Of a DNA stretch of 64,000 bases, positions 62,138 to 64,000 are shown piece after piece (the first letter of the stretch is position 1; each line of letters starts with the position of its first letter). The position numbers and the translations under genes are program-made. Where the stretch lies: the IMG/VR virus record IMGVR_UViG_3300042914_003341. One strand, given 5' to 3'. The notes under the pieces are model-generated. The model was given only the letters and a program-made list of their open reading frames with translations, had not been told where the DNA came from and searched no databases. Origin of the DNA: an uncultured virus (IMG/VR IMGVR_UViG_3300042914_003341). Taxonomy: Duplodnaviria > Heunggongvirae > Uroviricota > Caudoviricetes.

Positions 62138-63991
62138 TCATGTTGTTGTTGTGATGGTATCACTCCCAGCTAGCACGGTGCCATCGAGCAACCAGCCAAC
62201 GACACCATAAACTCCATTTATCTTCGCGGTGGCTGGGGTGTCATAGAAGCTATAAACACCATTCGATGCTGAACTCCCAGCTATGACTGCACGTAGTTTT
62301 CCATCTCGCCAGACGACGAAATGCGAGATGCTGTTGGCAACGTTTGGTTTGTCGATCTGCCACGTGATCTTTTCCAACGTTGGAGTGACGAAAACACCGG
62401 TCGATTGTTTCTGTGAAATCACCGGCTTTGAAGCCGTCATCAGATCGATCGGAACATATGTAGCATCGACAAAGAACCCAACTAGTGCACTATTCCCAGT
62501 ATATCTTTCATAAGTTTTTGTTGGAACAACGTTTGAGCCAGAGGATGGTGCTAACGTTCCAGTCAGGAGTGCTGTTGGATTTAGAGTTGTTGCTGGGGTG
62601 TATTGAAATGGTATTGTAAAGCTGCTCCCGGGACGCGGAGTGGAATAACCGGTCGCCACGTATGCATCGATGGATGTTTGTGGGTTGCGAACTGTCGTGA
62701 TCATTTCAAGCTTGTAGTAACTTGGCTGCAAACCAGAATATGTGACTGTCGAGCCTTGGCCGTAGACGCCTAGGAATATCTCTTCGCCAGTGACCATGTT
62801 GCGAAGCGTTGTTTTTGCCGTTACCAACTGAGCAAGTTGTTTTGGATCAATGTCACTAGAATAATACTGAATCAGCCCTTGAGCAGTCAAGATCTTGACC
62901 AACTCTGAAGTGACTGTCTCTTGTGCGATATCAAAACCCAATTCAAAACTCAGATTGAACGTATTATTTTGTTGCACGTACTGTGTGGCAAGACCATCGA
63001 CCACTGGTTTTGCAAAACCTATTGCAACCGACGAAGGATCAATCAGAATGGTGGAATTCCTCGTTCGCGTCTGGTTGCCTCTAGTATCTGTGCAAACGGC
63101 ATAGTATGTGTAGTACATCGATCTCGCGACAGTGCTGATAGACTGATCTAGCCTATCAGTCATTGAAACATCGATTGGTGTTCCAGTTGTTTGTTGTGAC
63201 AACAGCAAAGTGCTAGTCTGTTCCCCAAACTCTTGATCAATCGTGTTACTGTATCTATAGATATTAACGCAAGACACATTAGCTGGAACATTCAATAGCT
63301 CAATAAGCACTCCATCGTCGGTTCTCGAAAGCGAAAGAGATGCTTGCACACATGTCGTGCTCATCATGCCGCCAACAACGGCACCGGCAAATCTTCCGAG
63401 CGAGTCAACAGCACGATAAATTGCAACATTCTCTGATGATTGTGCCAAATGATTTGACGCTATGACCGTTGCCGTGTTACTGTTTGCATACGACTGTCCA
63501 GCATAAACAGCGCTGTTGCCTCCGGTGTCTTGGAGGAGCGATCCAGGATTTAAATCAATGTTGAATATCTTGGTCGACGCTTCTGATCTCACAGCCAATG
63601 ATACAACACCAGGATTCTCTTGCCGGTGCGCGCTCAGCGATGGTGGCAGTTGAGCTCTCTTCTTCGTTATTTCATGTTCTAGCAACAACGTCTTCTTACT
63701 GACCCTGACAACGTCTTTCCCGACAAAGATGCCGTTGCCATTATAAGAATTGATCGTGACCAGATACCATTCAGATCCCGTGGAGGATGCTATCTCAGCT
63801 ATTCCAGCTTGATTTAAAACAATCATGGCCGTGTCATCGACCGGTGCGCCGATACGAGCACTGCCCACAGTCCCAGGATCATTCCTGCGCAAAAAAATGT
63901 CTTCGAAGAAAGTCGACTTGGTTTTCAATAACGTCAAAGCTGCATCCGGTACGACGTATTCACTGTACATTGTGCCCAAGTTGGCTCTCAA
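62138..63991 (-). CDS. large Ser/Thr-rich probable virion protein (5' end probably outside the window)
   Basis: Frame stays open to the window edge; beta-rich composition. Confidence 0.7.
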   Translation of the reverse strand: MRANLGTMYSEYVVPDAALTLLKTKSTFFEDIFLRRNDPGTVGSARIGAPVDDTAMIVLNQAGIAEIASSTGSEWYLVTINSYNGNGIFVGKDVVRVSKKTLLLEHEITKKRAQLPPSLSAHRQENPGVVSLAVRSEASTKIFNIDLNPGSLLQDTGGNSAVYAGQSYANSNTATVIASNHLAQSSENVAIYRAVDSLGRFAGAVVGGMMSTTCVQASLSLSRTDDGVLIELLNVPANVSCVNIYRYSNTIDQEFGEQTSTLLLSQQTTGTPIDVSMTDRLDQSISTVARSMYYTYYAVCTDTRGNQTRTRNSTILIDPSSVAIGFAKPVVDGLATQYVQQNNTFNLSFELGFDIAQETVTSELVKILTAQGLIQYYSSDIDPKQLAQLVTAKTTLRNMVTGEEIFLGVYGQGSTVTYSGLQPSYYKLEMITTVRNPQTSIDAYVATGYSTPRPGSSFTIPFQYTPATTLNPTALLTGTLAPSSGSNVVPTKTYERYTGNSALVGFFVDATYVPIDLMTASKPVISQKQSTGVFVTPTLEKITWQIDKPNVANSISHFVVWRDGKLRAVIAGSSASNGVYSFYDTPATAKINGVYGVVGWLLDGTVLAGSDTITTTT

Positions 63992-64000
63992 CGTTTCAAT

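Overview
This is a 64-kb segment of a very large (jumbo/huge) tailed-phage genome. Standard genetic code fits, nearly all genes are on the minus strand, and the host cannot be identified from the sequence. Left part (1-26.7 kb): about 50 short, translationally coupled, divergent ORFs that share only a C-terminal motif resembling (F/L)-x-(E/D)-(L/I/V)-(A/G/S/C)-D-x-(F/L/I). They are interspersed with RNA-repair, translation and modification genes: Thg1-like, carbamoyltransferase plus putative glycosyltransferase, RadA/Sms-like ATPase, HAD phosphatase, Ro60/TROVE, macrodomain, IF-3 and a nucleotidyltransferase. Middle (26.7-31.8 kb): an RNA-gene island with 15 fairly conventional tRNAs, about 13 remodelled tRNA-like RNAs, and five paralogous Y-RNA-like stem-loops. 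The remodelled RNAs have large insertions in the D, anticodon or variable arms, and one carries a permuted second tRNA body. Right part: a metallophosphoesterase, GIY-YIG protein, four tandem kinase paralogues, an ART-like protein, ATP-grasp, Dps-like, RuvC-like, a head-completion nuclease and large probable virion proteins. Other patterns: many sigma70-type promoters giving near-leaderless mRNAs, a candidate late-promoter hexamer, and an over-represented palindrome TTTYGCSGCRAAA. All calls come from manual motif recognition and hand folding; no searches were run.
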